DNA from: the human T2T-CHM13v2.0 reference genome, Homo sapiens
Reading direction: 5' to 3' (one strand)
Length of the DNA: 64,000 bases
Assembly: GCF_009914755.1 (NCBI RefSeq)
Contig: NC_060925.1
Made by a program: the position numbers and the translations under genes. The notes under the pieces were generated by a model. The model was not told where the DNA came from. It saw nothing but the letters and a program-made list of their open reading frames with translations, and searched no databases. Every line of letters starts with the position of its first letter. Positions within the stretch are counted from its first letter, which is position 1. Positions 38,919 through 56,672 of this stretch are shown here, one piece after another.

Positions 38919-41701
38919 CCCTGCAGCTGCTAACAATCAGGGTCAGAAATCACCTTTGGAGGCAAATAAACATCCCAGGTATGCCTAATCTTCACCGAAG
39001 CTTTGAAGAACCACCCACTCACTGCCCCCCACCAGTCTGCACAAGAAGATAGGTCAGGAGAGGGACAGAAATTTGTTATAGTCATTTCAGAAAGCGCAAT
39101 GTTTGTAGAGGGGATACTCCCTTCTCATGCCCATCCCCCTACTTCTCTCCTAACTTAATCTAAGTCGGGGAGGTGGTTCCAAGAGAGAGCTCTGTAGAGA
39201 TTGGGAGCACCTACAGGAAGTGGGGACAGGGAGAGGTTCATTTCCTGGTTAGAAGTTTGCTGATGTTCAGAATTTGCAGGCCCATCCCTATTAGGGCACA
39301 GTGGAACTTAGAGGGAAAGTTCTAAGAAGAGCTTAGCCTCTCCAAAATTCACTGGAATTTGAGGGTACACATGAACCAGAGATTGAGATTTGCTGTTGCT
39401 TCTTTTTTAAAAAACAACCTTATTGAGGTATAATAGACATATTACACATACTCAAAGTGTGCAGTTTTACAAGTATTGACATGTATATACACATCTAAAG
39501 CCCTCACCACAATGAAGATAGTGAATAGACCCATCATCCTCACTTTTATTTGGTAAAAGTTTGCCCCTTTGTGATTACTCCCTCATCTCATCCCCCACCC
39601 ACCCTTCCCAGGCAACCATTGATCTGTTTTCTGTTGTTATAGATTAGTTTGCATTTTCTGGAGTTTCATATAAATAGAATCATACAGTACACACTCTTTT
39701 CTGCCTGACTTCTCTCACTTAGTATCAATAATTTGAGATTTACTCATATTGCTGCTGTATGGTTTCTTCATTCCTTTTTACTGCAGAGTAGCATTCCATG
39801 GTATGTAAATACACTCATGTATTTATCCACTCACCTGTTGATGGACCTTTGAGTTGTTTTCAGTTTGGGGCTATTACAAATAAAGCTGTTATCCGCATTC
39901 ATGTACAAGTCTTGTATGAACATATGTGCTCATGTATTTTTAGTTGGAATGGTTAGATCATATGGTAGCTGTAGATTTTGAGACCGCCAAACTATTTTTT
40001 CTGAAGTGGTTCCATCATTTTACATTCCCATTAGAAGAGTATCAAGTTGAGATCCTCGCCAACACTTGGCATGATCAGTCTTTTAGATTATAGCCATCTT
40101 AATAGGTGTGTAGTGGTTTTGTGGTTTTAAAATTGCTAAGGATGATGAGCACCTTTTCATGCGCTTATTTGCCATGCATATATATTCTTTGGTAAAATGT
40201 CTCTTCAAATATTTTGTCTATTTTTTTTATTGGATTGCTTGTTTTCTTTTTATTGAATTTGAGAGTTCGTTATAGATTTTGAATACAAGTCCTTTGCCAA
40301 ATATATGCTCTGCAAATATTTTGACCCATTCTGTAGCTTGTCTTTTCATTTTCTTAATAGTGTCTTTTGAAGTATGAAGTTTTAAATTTTGATAATGTCC
40401 AATTTATCAAAATTTTCTCTTATGGATTGTACTTTGATGTTGAATCTAAAAGACTTTGCCTATCCTGTGGTCACAAAGATTTTCTCCAAAAAATGTTATA
40501 AATGTATGATTTACATTTAGATCTATAACTTAGTTTGAGTTAATTTTTTATATACAGTGTGAATTATGAATTGGACCCTCTCTTTCTGTTTTGTTTTGTT
40601 TGCTTACATACATCCAGCTGTGTTAACAACATTTATTGAAAACACTGTCCTTCCTTCCTTGAATTGCTTTTAAATCTTTGTCAAACATCAGTTGTCCATA
40701 TATGTGTGGATCCATTTATGGACTCTGTATTCTGTTCCATTGATCTATTTGTCTAGTTTGATTCTAATGTCACACTTTGATTACTTTATAATAAGTCTTG
40801 AAATCAGGTAGAGTTATCCTATCAACATTGTTCTTTTTCAGAACCGTTTTAGTTATTCTAGGTCTTTTTTATGATCACATGAATTTTAGAATCAACTTAT
40901 CAATTTATGCCATAAGCCTGCTGGGATTTTGATGTGGAATGCATGAATGTATAGATCAATTTGGGGAGAAGTAAAATCTTAACCATGGTGAGTTTTCTGA
41001 TCCACAAACAAAGAATGTCACCATTTATTTAGAGCTTCTTTGCTTGCTCTCAGTGATGGTTTGTAGTTCTCAGTGTATAGGTCTTTCACACCTTCTGTCT
41101 GATTTACCCCTAATTGTTTAATATTTTTTTTTGGTGGATGCTATTGTAAATATATTTTTAAATATTTTATTTCTGATAGTTTGAGTATCTGATATGGAAA
41201 TACAATTGCTTTTTATATATTGACCTTATATCCTGCAATCTTGTTAAACTTATTAGTTCTAATAGATTTTTGCACATGCCGTTATTTTCTACATAGACAG
41301 TTACATCGTCTGGGAATAAAAAATGATTTTATTCACTCCTTTCCAACCTGGATTCTTTCTATTCTTTTCTTTCCTGACTGCACACATGGCTAAAACATCC
41401 AGAACAATGTTGAAAAAATTGCTGAAAGTAGACATCTTTTTCTTATTCTTGATATTAGAGGGAAAACATTTAGTCTTTACCATTAAATAAAATGTTAGCT
41501 GTAGATATTTTTATTGACTTTTTAAAATGAGAAAGTTTTCTTCTATTCCTAGTTGGTTGAGAGTTTTTATCCAGATTAGTTGGATTTTGTAAGGTTGTTT
41601 GATTTTGCTAAATGCTTTTTCTTGTCTCTGTTGATATAATCATGTGGGTTGTTTTTTTTTTTCTTTTCAATGTGTTAAAATGGTGAATTACATTGATTTT
41701 T

Positions 41702-41820
41702 CTTAAAAAATTTAATTGTGATAAAAACCTTGCATAACAAACATTTTCTATCTAAACATTTTTAACTGTACAGTTTATTAAGTATGTTCACATTGTTGTG
41801 CAAAAGATCTCCAGAACTGG
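41702..41820 (-). mobile_element. Short L1MA/L1MB-type 3' end nested in the L1MC
   Basis: tttaattgtgataaaa...tttaactgtacagt...ttcacattgttgtgcaaaagatctccagaact flanked by TSD ca(t/c)tgatttt at 41691-41700 and 41821-41830. Confidence 0.75.
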
Positions 41821-42137
41821 CACTGATTTTCGTATGTTAAACTAACCCTGCATTCCTTGGAAAAACTTCACTTGGCCATAATACATTATCCTTTTTATCT
41901 ATTGGATTTAATTTGTTACATTTTAATATGGATTTGATTTGCTAAAATTTTGTTTAGAACTTTGTATCTGTGTTTTTGAAAGATATTGGCTTGTAGTTTT
42001 CTGGTATTGTCATTATCGGGGTTCAGTGTCAGGGTAAAGCTGGCATCAAATAATGAGTTGGCGGGCATTCCTTCTTCAGTTTTCTGGAAGAGTTTGTGTA
42101 GAATTAGTGTTATTTCTTCTTTTAATGTTTGGGATAA

Positions 42138-43120
<983 letters not shown>

Positions 43121-44618
43121 AGTAGATACAGAGATGCTAAGGTTATTTCTTTTTGACTGTGCTTTCATAATTTGTGTTATTTAAAGAATTGGTTTGTTGA
43201 GTTGTCAAATTTATAGGTATAAAGTTGCTCATAATATTCTCCTTTTTTTTAATATAAGGGAATGTGTGGTAATGGCACCTGTCTCATTCCTAATTTTGTA
43301 ATTTGTGTCTTTTTTCATATTTTCCCTGATCAACTTGGCTGGAGGTTGGTCAATTCCATTGATCTTAAAAAAATCATCTCTTGGTTTCATTGATTTTTCC
43401 CCCTACTGTTGTACTATTTTCTATTCCATTGATTTCTGCACTGAATTTTATTATTTTTTCTTCTGCTGTTTATTTTGCCATTATTTTTAATTGCTATGTC
43501 TTCAAGTTAGCCATCCTTCTGCCATATTTAATATATCCTTAATCCTACTCAGAGTATTTTTCATCTAAAACATTGTAGTTTTCATCTCTAGGTTCTATTT
43601 GAGTATTTTTGAAATCATCCATGCCTCTACTTAACTTTTGAACATATAGAGAACAATTATAATAATTATTTTGACATCTTAGCTTGACAATTTTAAATCT
43701 GTTTCAGTTCTTGGATGGTTTTGATTGCTTGGTTATTCTCTTTGTGTTTTCTTGCTTCTTTGCATGCTTGGTTATCTTTGATTAGATGCCAGAAATGGTC
43801 ACTTTTACCTTATTGGGTGGTGGATCTTTTTGATTCTTATAAATCTTCTTGAGCTTTGTTCTGGGATGTGTTAAGTTGCCTGGAAATTGTTTGATCTTCT
43901 TGGGTCTTGCTTTTATGATTTATTTGGCATATCTGAGCAGTCTAGGGCTAATTATGCCCCACTACTAAGCAAGATTTTCTGGGGTACTCTACCCAATGCT
44001 CATAAAGTATGATTTCGTTCAGCTGTCAGAGGGGGGAATATGCAATATTCCCAGCCCCGTGTGAGCATCAGACAATGTTCTTTAATCTTTTCAAATTATT
44101 TTTCCTCCATCCTGAAGTGTTACTTCACATGCATGTGCTAATCAGGACTCTGTTGAATATCAGAGGGGGATGCTCTGCAGATAGTCAGGGCTCTTTCTCT
44201 GCACATCTCTTTCCTTTTATTACTTTGTCCATCCATGAACTCTAGTCCACTTGGTTTCCCTAACTCGCAGCCTTATTACCTCAGTTCAAGGATCCTACTG
44301 GGCTCCTCTCAGACTTTCTTCTCTGTCCCGTAGCCTGCATAGTCTCTGAAGGCAGCAAGCTGGGGCAGTCATAGGGCTTACCTAGTTTGTTTCTTGTCTC
44401 TTAGGGAGTAACTATCCTTTGTTGTCTTAGGTCTAGTGTCTTGAAAATGGCGTTTCTGACATTTTATCTTTTTTATTTTGAATGCAGGAGGGTAAATTCA
44501 ATCCTGGTAACTTAATTGTGGGCAAAAGTGCAAATCTCCTGGCATCCAATTCTTACCATAGATTTCTGATGTCTGGAAGCATGGTGGAGCAACACACTTC
44601 TGAAGGGACAGCAGGTGC

Positions 44619-45690
<1,072 letters not shown>

Positions 45691-46483
45691 ACAGCTGCTA
45701 AACATTGAAAGGGGTACTGTGCTGACTGCTGTATACACACTATGTCATTTGCTCTTCACAACCTATAGGATGGGCACTAGTTTTTCCCCCTTTTGGCAGA
45801 TGACAGAAACCGAGGCACAACCAACTTGTCTAAATATAGATTACAGAAATTTCACATGTATCTCTCCAGTTCACAGGAAGTGTCATTCTCCTTAATCACT
45901 TTGCTCTTATCCTTGATGTTTTTCCAAACATTTTTGCTGATGTTGAGTGTTTTCCATTTCTCTGAGCTGTGTTGTCAGTCCATCTCCTGATGAAGCAAGG
46001 GCAGTTTGAATGCTGAATGGAGGTGGATGAGGAAGGGGAACACTACGTGAAAATATTTGTTTTACACAGATGAAATGTTGGATCAGAACGCACGGAACTA
46101 CATCCAGGTGAGAGGCATCAAATAAATCACTTAACCTCTTTGTACTTTAGTTTCCTTATATGTTTTTATGGGCATCATGATAGTGCCTACTTCACTGGGC
46201 TGGCGCTGGAAATGAAGTGTGATTACAGATGAAGCTGTTAATCAGTGTCTGGCACACGGTCTGCTCTATCCGAGGATTAACCGTGTTTATTATCTGTCCT
46301 TTATTACTAGTTAAGTTCTCTTCACCACTGAAAGAAAAAGTCCAAATGAACCCAAACATATGAGTTTATTTTCTCCTCCACATTTTCGCTGCCCCTCCTT
46401 CATTACTCTATCCCCATCACCACCCCAAGAAATTAGATCTTTGCATAGCAGAAAACACTTTTCCCATTCATAAGAGAAAGAAT

Positions 46484-46514
<31 letters not shown>

Positions 46515-46707
46515 GCTATTCCAAGAGAGAACCCACATTTGACACTGGATTTCCACCCAATTTTTCTAAGTGCACCTGTGGTTACATTGCTGGAGGTGTC
46601 AGTGTGAGGATTTAAGCCCAGCTGTATCTGACAGCTGGTTACCCAGATGAGAAACCTCAGAGTCCTCTTCCACCCTTTGCAGTGAGCTGCCTGGACCTGC
46701 AGGATCC

Positions 46708-46739
46708 CTGCAGTACCTTCTATGTGCACCAGGTGGCAG
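46708..46739 (+). promoter_or_regulatory. Candidate CTCF site, core plus upstream motif
   Basis: cTGCAGTACC-ttctatgt-GCACCAGGTGGCAG: ZF9-11 upstream module at the expected spacing from a 13/14 match to CCASYAGRKGGCRS. Confidence 0.7.
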
Positions 46740-46774
46740 GTGCTGCATCGGAAACGCAGGTGCGGCAGCTGCAC

Positions 46775-46965
46775 AACTGGTTCTACGGGTGGATCTGAGC
46801 ACCGGGCTCACCTGGGAGATTTCTAATAATACAAATCCCCAGGCTCCGCCCCTGAGATTTTGACGCCGTGGGTTTGGTGTGGCGGCCTGGCATATGTGTT
46901 TTTATAAAGCCCTACAGGTAATTATGATTCAGCTTGGTGCAGGGACCTGCGTTTGGAAGCCGCTG
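46775..46965. mobile_element. MER5-family hAT MITE
   Basis: tcacctgggagatttctaataatacaaatccccaggctccgcccctgagattttgac...ggcctggcatatgtgtttttataaagc...caggtaatt. Confidence 0.75.
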
Positions 46966-47423
46966 CTTCAGAGTGTTCCAGAGAACGGCAGCCTCACGCA
47001 AGCATGAAGCGTTTAACTGTGCAACACAAATCAACAACCTGGGCTCCTAGAATTCAGGGTGAGGTTTCACAGAGTGTCAGAGTTGAAAAGGATCTTGGGG
47101 CTCACTGATGAAGCATTAGCGACGAGGAGCCTGAGGCCAGAGGGAACGTGCCACGGACAGCCTGAGCTACAGTGCAGGTCTCCTCCCTCCTCCGCAGCAC
47201 TGCTGACCACGGCTTTCCGTGGTTATAATACTGTCACTTCCCCGCTAGCCCAAGGATCTGAAAATACTTTTGGTAAGCCACGGGAAGGACCCTCCTCCCT
47301 GAGTCAGTACCTTTAACTGCTGTTGGAACAACTCCAAGCCTCAAATAATTCAAAACTGTGTGAAACACGTTTTTGCCTGAATTAGGGTTCACACCGGGTG
47401 GCCTTTGTCCAGAGGCCATGTTT

Positions 47424-49252
<1,829 letters not shown>

Positions 49253-50864
49253 TAATAGCTCTGCAGCGCGGCCTCCCTGCCATCCATGACTGTGGGGATG
49301 CTCGCCCCTGTCTCCCAGCCCTGGTGCATCCCCAGCCCCATGCTCCAGTCTTCTCACGGTCCTTGGGCATATCAAAACGTCTCTGAGCCTCCATTTCTTC
49401 TCTGTGAGACAGGGGTGAGGATTACTTGAGAAAATGTTCAGCATTTCTGTGTGTAACTGTCGAAAAAAAAAACCAGAGCTTAGTTTTCCTCTGTACTCTG
49501 TCTTTCAACACTTTTAATTTGGACTCTAGCTTTGCAGAGGCAAAGGTTCTCAGAAAATCTATAACCGAAACCCCTAACTTTATACTCGAGCAAACTGGGT
49601 CCAGAAAGCTGAATGATTTACACAGGGAGTTACTGTGAGAGGAGAATTGGCATGTAGGTGTCCCGATGTCCAACCTTCTGCCCTTTCTTCCGTATCACAA
49701 TCACGCAGTCCTGGGGCCTCTCCGGTGGAGCCTCTTACTATCATTATTCTGAGTAGTTCTGATGCTAACTGGTGTCTTCCCCTTCCTCCTTTCCTTTCAA
49801 CAACATTTAGTGAGCACCTGTTTTATCTTGTGCCCTATACTTGGTTTCTGTTAGAGAACCTTGCCTTACCTACTGTAAGTACTAAATACATCTTTGACGG
49901 TGGTTTAATTAATCACATTTATTCATATATTTAGTGATAAGCACTTGCTTTGTGCTAAATCCTTTTTAGGGAGGCCGCGAGGAACACAAGGGGAGCAGAT
50001 AATGACATGGTCCACAACACACTTAAGGAGTTGGCAGAGTTTGGGATCAGGGGATTCTGCGCGTGTGTGGATAATCAGCATTCAGGAGAAGGTGTAGTGC
50101 ACGTAAGTACTGGTGTGTGCACCGTGGTGGCAGGAGGTCACTTTGGTTTGGGGCTGGAAGGCTGGGAAGTCAGACCCTGCACTTTCTCAGTGTAAACCCT
50201 TGATCCCCCTTCTCCTTTAGCCTCTCTCATGACTGGTTCTGCAGGCTTCTGTCCTGGACCTTCTCTTCTCACTCTATGTGGTCTTTCTGGAGCATCATCC
50301 ATCTTCCTGCCTCAATAATCATCTAATTCTTGATGGCTTCTAAATCTGTATCTCCAGAGGAAAGTGTTTCTCTGAATCTCAGACCTTTACATCCCACTGT
50401 TTCCCGAATGTCACTGATTGCATAACCTGTCACTTGTACAGAACTGAACTCCTCTCCCCTCCAATCTGCTTCTCCTCAGTGAGCTCAGAAACCTGGAAGT
50501 GGTCCTTGACTCCCCCACTTTTCTTTACTGTTCCACCACCCCAGTAATAATGAGGTTCTTTAAACCCCAGAATCCTGGAAATCTAAACAGCCCTGTCACA
50601 GATTCCTTTTTCTCCAACCCACCTTTTCTGCCACTGTCAATCTCTGGGTACAATCAAGATTCACCAGCATTTTTGTAACAACTTTTTACCCAACTGGTCT
50701 TCCTATTTTGAGTCATGCTCACCTATGAGTCCTCCAAATTGGACCCAGAGAAGTCTTATATAAAATAAAACAAACAAATGGAGCCCCTCCATCACTTACA
50801 GCTCTTAGAGTGTCTTCCCTCTGCTCCTAAACTTCACACTCCTGTAAGTGGCCTCTGCAACCTG

Positions 50865-51325
50865 TGCTATGGATTGAATTGTGTCCTCCAGAAATGTACA
50901 TTCAAGCCCTAACTCCTCATACCCCAGAATGTGAGCTTATTTGGGAATGGAGTTGTTGAAATGTAATTAGTAAGATGAGGTCATGCTGGAGTAAGGTGGG
51001 CTCTTAATCCAGTATGACTGAAATCTGTATAAAAAGAGGGAAATTTGGACACAGACATAGGAATAGAGGGAGGACAGCCATGGGAAGTGAAGGCAGAGAT
51101 TGGAATTATGCTGCCACAAGCCAAGGAACACCTGGTGCTGCTTCCAGAAGCTGGAGGAGGCAAGGAAAGGATTCTTCTTTCCAGAAAGGCTTTGGAGGGA
51201 GCAAGCCCTTGCCAATACCTTGATTTCGGATCTCCAGCCTCCAGAACTGCGAGACAATACACTTCTGTTGTTTTAAGCCACCCAGTTTGTGGTAATTTGT
51301 TATGGCAGCCCTAGTAAATGAACAT
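50865..51325 (+). mobile_element. MLT1B/C-like MaLR solo LTR inserted in L2
   Basis: tgctatggattgaattgtgtcc...taagatgaggtcatgctgga...ttttaagccacccagtttgtggtaatttgttatggcagccctag. Confidence 0.9.
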
Positions 51326-52593
51326 AAATTGTCATGATCCAAATACCAGGTATCTTTCCAGCCTCCTCTGCAGTCATGTGCCTCAATTCACCCTGTTATC
51401 CCAGGCACACTGGATTATGTACAGCTCTTGAAACACACTGTGCACCTGCACGCCTTTGCTTATACTGGTCTCTGGTGGAAGGCTCTTCCTCTTCTCTGTT
51501 TGCCCACCTTCTCCACAACTTCTTCCTTCTGCTCCTTCGGCACCAGATATGTGAACAACAATTCTTGTTCTGGCCTCCTTGAGAGCAGGGACTCTGCTTC
51601 CCTCTTCTCCATCCCTGTTGCTTTAGCACTGAGCTGACCTAGCATAATGCTGCAAGAATTGATCTGAGTTGGGTCACATGTTCTCCCACAGTTTATGATG
51701 TTGCTGGGTGGTGGGATTCAAAATGCTCATTCCTCCCTCCTCACTGGATTTCCAAAGAGGGGTTCACCCTGATTTCACCGCCCACTAAAATCTAATTAAC
51801 CACAGGGCATGAATTCTTCTTGGAAACCTCCAAACTGCCAACTTCTTCTCCCTCATGCTGTTGCCAAGGCTCTCGAGTGGGCTTGAAGGAAGGAAACGTG
51901 GACAAAAAGATTTTGCTCGTTTCTTTGAGGCCAATGCCTAATCACTGTCCCTCTTCAAGTGAAAAATGGGGAAAACACTAGCTAACTGTTGTTTAGTGAC
52001 CCCAACTCCCACCCCTTTAAAATAAACACTCTTTTCAATTAGGAAGATTTGTCACCGGGGACAGTAATTCCATGTCCTACCAAAACAAACACAGTTGTAA
52101 TTAGTTTTATCCAGGAAGAAAATTAACTCTGTTTATCTTAGCATAATTAATCACTGACCTCTTTCTGTCCGGGCAGCTTCGGGGAGGGCACGGGAGTGGG
52201 GGGTTGTGATCTACTGCACAGGGGCGTTCTGGGCTCCATCTATCTCTCGTGTTGGTTACACAGCTGTCTGCGTGAGTTATTTGAATTAATATTCCTAGCC
52301 AAGAGTTGTGGAGCTGCCTCAGAGCTAGACTTGGAGAAACCACTAAATAAGGCTATGATTTTATGGCTTCAGTCTGTGGAGAATTTTAGATGAGTACATA
52401 TCAGATGGGCATTAAGACACGCGGCCGACACTGAAGTTTGCTTGGCTCCTTTCATGCCCTTCACCTTGACCTCAACAAGTCTTGAGAAAGGGGAAGGATC
52501 CTCAGGCAAAGGCATTGGTCCTTGGTTATGGAAGAGAGGCTGTTGTTGCAGTGAGGAGGGACAGGCTTTGGGGCTATGGTTTGGGTGTCAGTC

Positions 52594-53201
52594 TTTTTTT
52601 TTAAATTTTTTTTATTATACTTTAAGTTCTAGGGTACATGTGCACAACATGCAGGTTTGTTACATATGTATACATGCGCCATGTTGGTGCGCTGCACCCA
52701 TTAACTCGTCATTTACCTTAGTTATATCTCCTAATGCTATCCCTCCCCACTCCCCCCACCCCACAACAGGCCCCGGTGTGTGATGTTTCCCTTCCTGTGT
52801 CCAAGTGTTCTTATTGTTCAATTCCCACCTATGAGTGAGAACACGCAGTGTTTGGTTTTTTGTTCTTGCCATAGTTTGCTGAGAATGATGGTTTCCAGCT
52901 TCATCCGTGTCCCTACAAAGGACATGAACTCATCCTTTTTTATGGCTGCATAGTATTCCATGGTGTATATGCGCCACATTTTCTTAATCCAGTCTATCAT
53001 TGATGGACATTTGGATTGGTTCCAAGTCTTTGCTATTGTGAATAGTGCTGCAATAAACATACGTGTGCATGTGTCTTTATAGCAGCATGATTTATAATCC
53101 TTTGGGTATATACCCAGTAATGGGAAGGCTGGGTCAAATGGTATTTCTAGTTCTAGATCCTTGAGGAATTGCCACACTGTCTTCCACAATGGTTGAACTA
53201 G
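52594..53201 (-). mobile_element. 5'-truncated L1PA (L1PA4/5-like) inserted in a MIR
   Basis: polyT, L1PA 3' UTR (GTAAATGACGAG on the minus strand) and ORF2 C-terminus (ORF 52818..53189); MIR halves on both sides. Confidence 0.93.
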
Positions 53202-54562
53202 ATCCTCTAGCTATATGACTGTGGGCAAGATACCTCATCTTTCTGAACCATAGTAACCTCCTAAGTGAAAAACAAAAAAAAAAAAAACCCAGGATGTGTG
53301 TGCATGTGTGTAGTGGGGTCAGGGTTAGTAATATATATCCACAGGGATGAATAAGGATTAGAAGTGAGGTATGCTATGTCCCTAGCACAGGGCCTGGTAC
53401 TAAATAGTAATTCAGTGAACACAGGTAGGTTTTGTTATTTTTGCATGAACTGACTGAGGTTCCGGGGGTGGAAGGACGCAATGAATGTCCTCTCTATTTC
53501 AATAGACCCACAACTCATGGAGACCCTACTGTGTGCTGGGCTCTGCATTAGGCCATGGAAATAAAAAGAGGGTTTAATCCTGGCTCCTGTCCTCGAGGAG
53601 CTCACAGCCTACTGGAGAGAGAGAGACATACCCGGATATTCTCAATGTGTTGCAACAAATGCTAAGCTGGAGACATGGGCATGAGATCCCCTGGTAGAGA
53701 GGTAAGCAGAGACTGAAGGGATGCTGATTTCACTTTTTCTGAGCCATTTAGTCAATGTATAATTCCTCACTTAATCCTCATGATAACTCTAAAAATAGGC
53801 ATGAGGGAGGGGGTCCCAGGGAAAGGTAATTGAGGCTCACAGATGGTAAGTCATTAGACCCCAACTGCATAGCTAGAAAATGGTGCAGCTGGGATGTGAA
53901 TCAGATTTGTTTGACACGGGAGCCTGTGCTTTGTCAGTTTTCACCTTGGAGGTCCTGGCTGGGTTTTAATGACTGGTATCCTTCCCCAGGACCTTGAGTC
54001 AGGAGCATTAAAGCAGCAAGGCCCTGAGGGCTGGTGTCAGGAGACCCCAGAGTTAACAACGCAGCTTCTTGAGCCTCACCTCAGGCTCTTCCATATTAAA
54101 ATCTCTTGCAGGAGGATAATTTTAAGCAACTACAATACCTAAGGTGATTCTTATGTTCTCACCATCTGCTATAGTTTTAAAAAACCTACCTTTTGCTCAT
54201 GATGTTGAGATAGCTACTCCCACACAAGTGTTTGCAGGTGGGTGGGGAGAGCATGTCCTCTAGGTAACAAGAAAAGAGAACTATGAAATCAAGGAGGCCC
54301 ACATCCTGAACTGAGAGGGATGAAGAGGGGAGGTGAGATGGGCCAGGACCCCTTGAGAGTGGCCTAAATAGCTCACACTGGGGTGAGTGTCTCTGGATGC
54401 CAGAGGCAGAGTGGTGGACCGTGCACCTGTTGTGAGCACAGGCCACTCACTCCCTGTCCATAGGCTTGTAACAGTGGGTTCAGAAGCAGGAGAGAACTGC
54501 ATAGGTACTTTCTTGAAGCAGAAGAGGGCTTCAGGCTGGGAGGCACATACTGCTCACTGTAG

Positions 54563-54799
54563 ACAGGGAGCAAGGCAGCCTTTATTGATGCACAGGTTGC
54601 TGGGAGGTTGTGGGGCTTTTGTCCTCTCAGATCTAGAAGAGAACTGGAGCCAGGAAGAGTCAGTTTCTGGTGCTGTGAAGGACTCCAGGGAAGGAGCAAC
54701 CAAAAAATACTGAGGGCACTGAGGCTGGTTTTTCCAGGCCATGGTGATGCCTGGTCCTGCAAGAGTGGTCACTCAGATGGCAGGGGGACTCCACACATC
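54563..54799 (-). other. Candidate terminal exon of a minus-strand transcript (possibly the 3' end of the SKINT1L pseudogene transcript)
   Basis: Minus-strand acceptor ctcactttctctctccatctcAG|G ending at 54800 and AATAAA at 54586-54581; the 3' end is estimated and the gene identity rests only on recalled locus order. Confidence 0.45.
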
Positions 54800-54844
54800 C
54801 TGAGATGGAGAGAGAAAGTGAGATGGGCTATCAGCAGAGGCTGA

Positions 54845-55270
<426 letters not shown>

Positions 55271-56301
55271 TAAAATGGGAATAAAATATCTACCTTGTAA
55301 GACTTTTGTGAGGGTCTAATAACTGTTATATACATTATCTCATTTAATCTTCACAACAACCTTTAAAATAGGGATACGATCATTCTCAATTTACAGTTGA
55401 GTGAAAGTGAGGCAGTTCAGATGGCTTGACTAAGGTTACCTGGCATTTGAGTGGCAGAGCCAAGATTTAAACCCAGCTCTGTCTGATGCTAGACCCTTTG
55501 CTTCAACCATATTCTGTAATGTCTCATTTCTAGGAATGAATGAAGGAATGTTCACACATGTATCATCCAGCCTCTGAGGTGCCTCTGACAACCATAATTG
55601 CCTCCTCATGAAACCGAGCCCAGTTCCTCCTGTGGCTCTTCCTGCTGCAGCCGTGGGCCTTGCTCTCCTGGCTGGAAGCGCTGTTTTCATCTTATCTGGG
55701 GATTCTCATTGCTGACGGTGCTGGAGGCTGTGGGGCACAGTGGTTTCAAGCACAGGCTTTGGAGTCAGGCAAACCTGGGTTTCAATATGGCTCAGGAAGC
55801 TGTTGGGCAGGAGGACTTTTGGTGAGCAGGCACTGTCTGATAATGGGGTTTCCCAGGATCCCAGGTTTCTTGGGGGCACACAAGTAGGCCAAAGATGATC
55901 TGGGAACCTCCCAGAGAATTGCCTCATACTGTACTCTCCCCAAGAGGCTGCAGCCAAGAGAATAGGGGCCACGTCACGGGGGCTCATGATGGAGTCTGGG
56001 CTTTGTGGGAAAGGAAGTGGGGAGGGTCTCAGAAATGTTTTTACAATGTAAAATCTTCCAGTTAGAACTTTATATGCAGGATTTAATCAGAAGGAAATTT
56101 GGACAGGACTCATTTTTCTCATTGCTGCTCTAAGTGGCTGCTCTAAGCAGTCTGGACTGTCTCCCCTGTGGCTTTGTTGAGTTCAGTAAACATTTATTGT
56201 GCACATACTGTGTGCAGGCACTTTGCTGGGGATACAGGGATGAAATAGGGACAGTGCCCATGCCTGAGGGCATTGCCCTGAAGCTGGATGCTAAGGCCAT
56301 C

Positions 56302-56672
56302 TGTGTGTGTGTCTGTGTGTCTGCATGTATCTCTGTGTCTGCGTGTGTCTCTGTGTCTGTGCTTCTGTGTCTATGTGTATGTCTGTGTGAGTGTCTGTGG
56401 GTCTCTTTTTTTGTGTTTGTGTGTGTATCTGTGTGTGTGTTCTCTGTGTGCCTGTATGTGTCTTTGATGTGTGTTTCTGTATGTGTCTCTGTGTGTGTCT
56501 ATATGTGTGTATCTGTGTCTATGTATGTGTGTGTCATTTTGTTTGTTTCTGGGTGTGTCTACCTCTGCGTGTCTCTGTATACCTGTATCTCCGTGTGTGT
56601 GTCTGTGTGTGTGTATTTGTGTGTCTCTGTATGTGCGTCCGTGGGTGTGTGTCTGTGTGTGTGTGTGTGTGT
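56302..56672. repeat. Degenerate (TG)n/(TGTC)n simple repeat, ~370 bp
   Basis: Long imperfect TG-rich tract. Confidence 0.95.
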
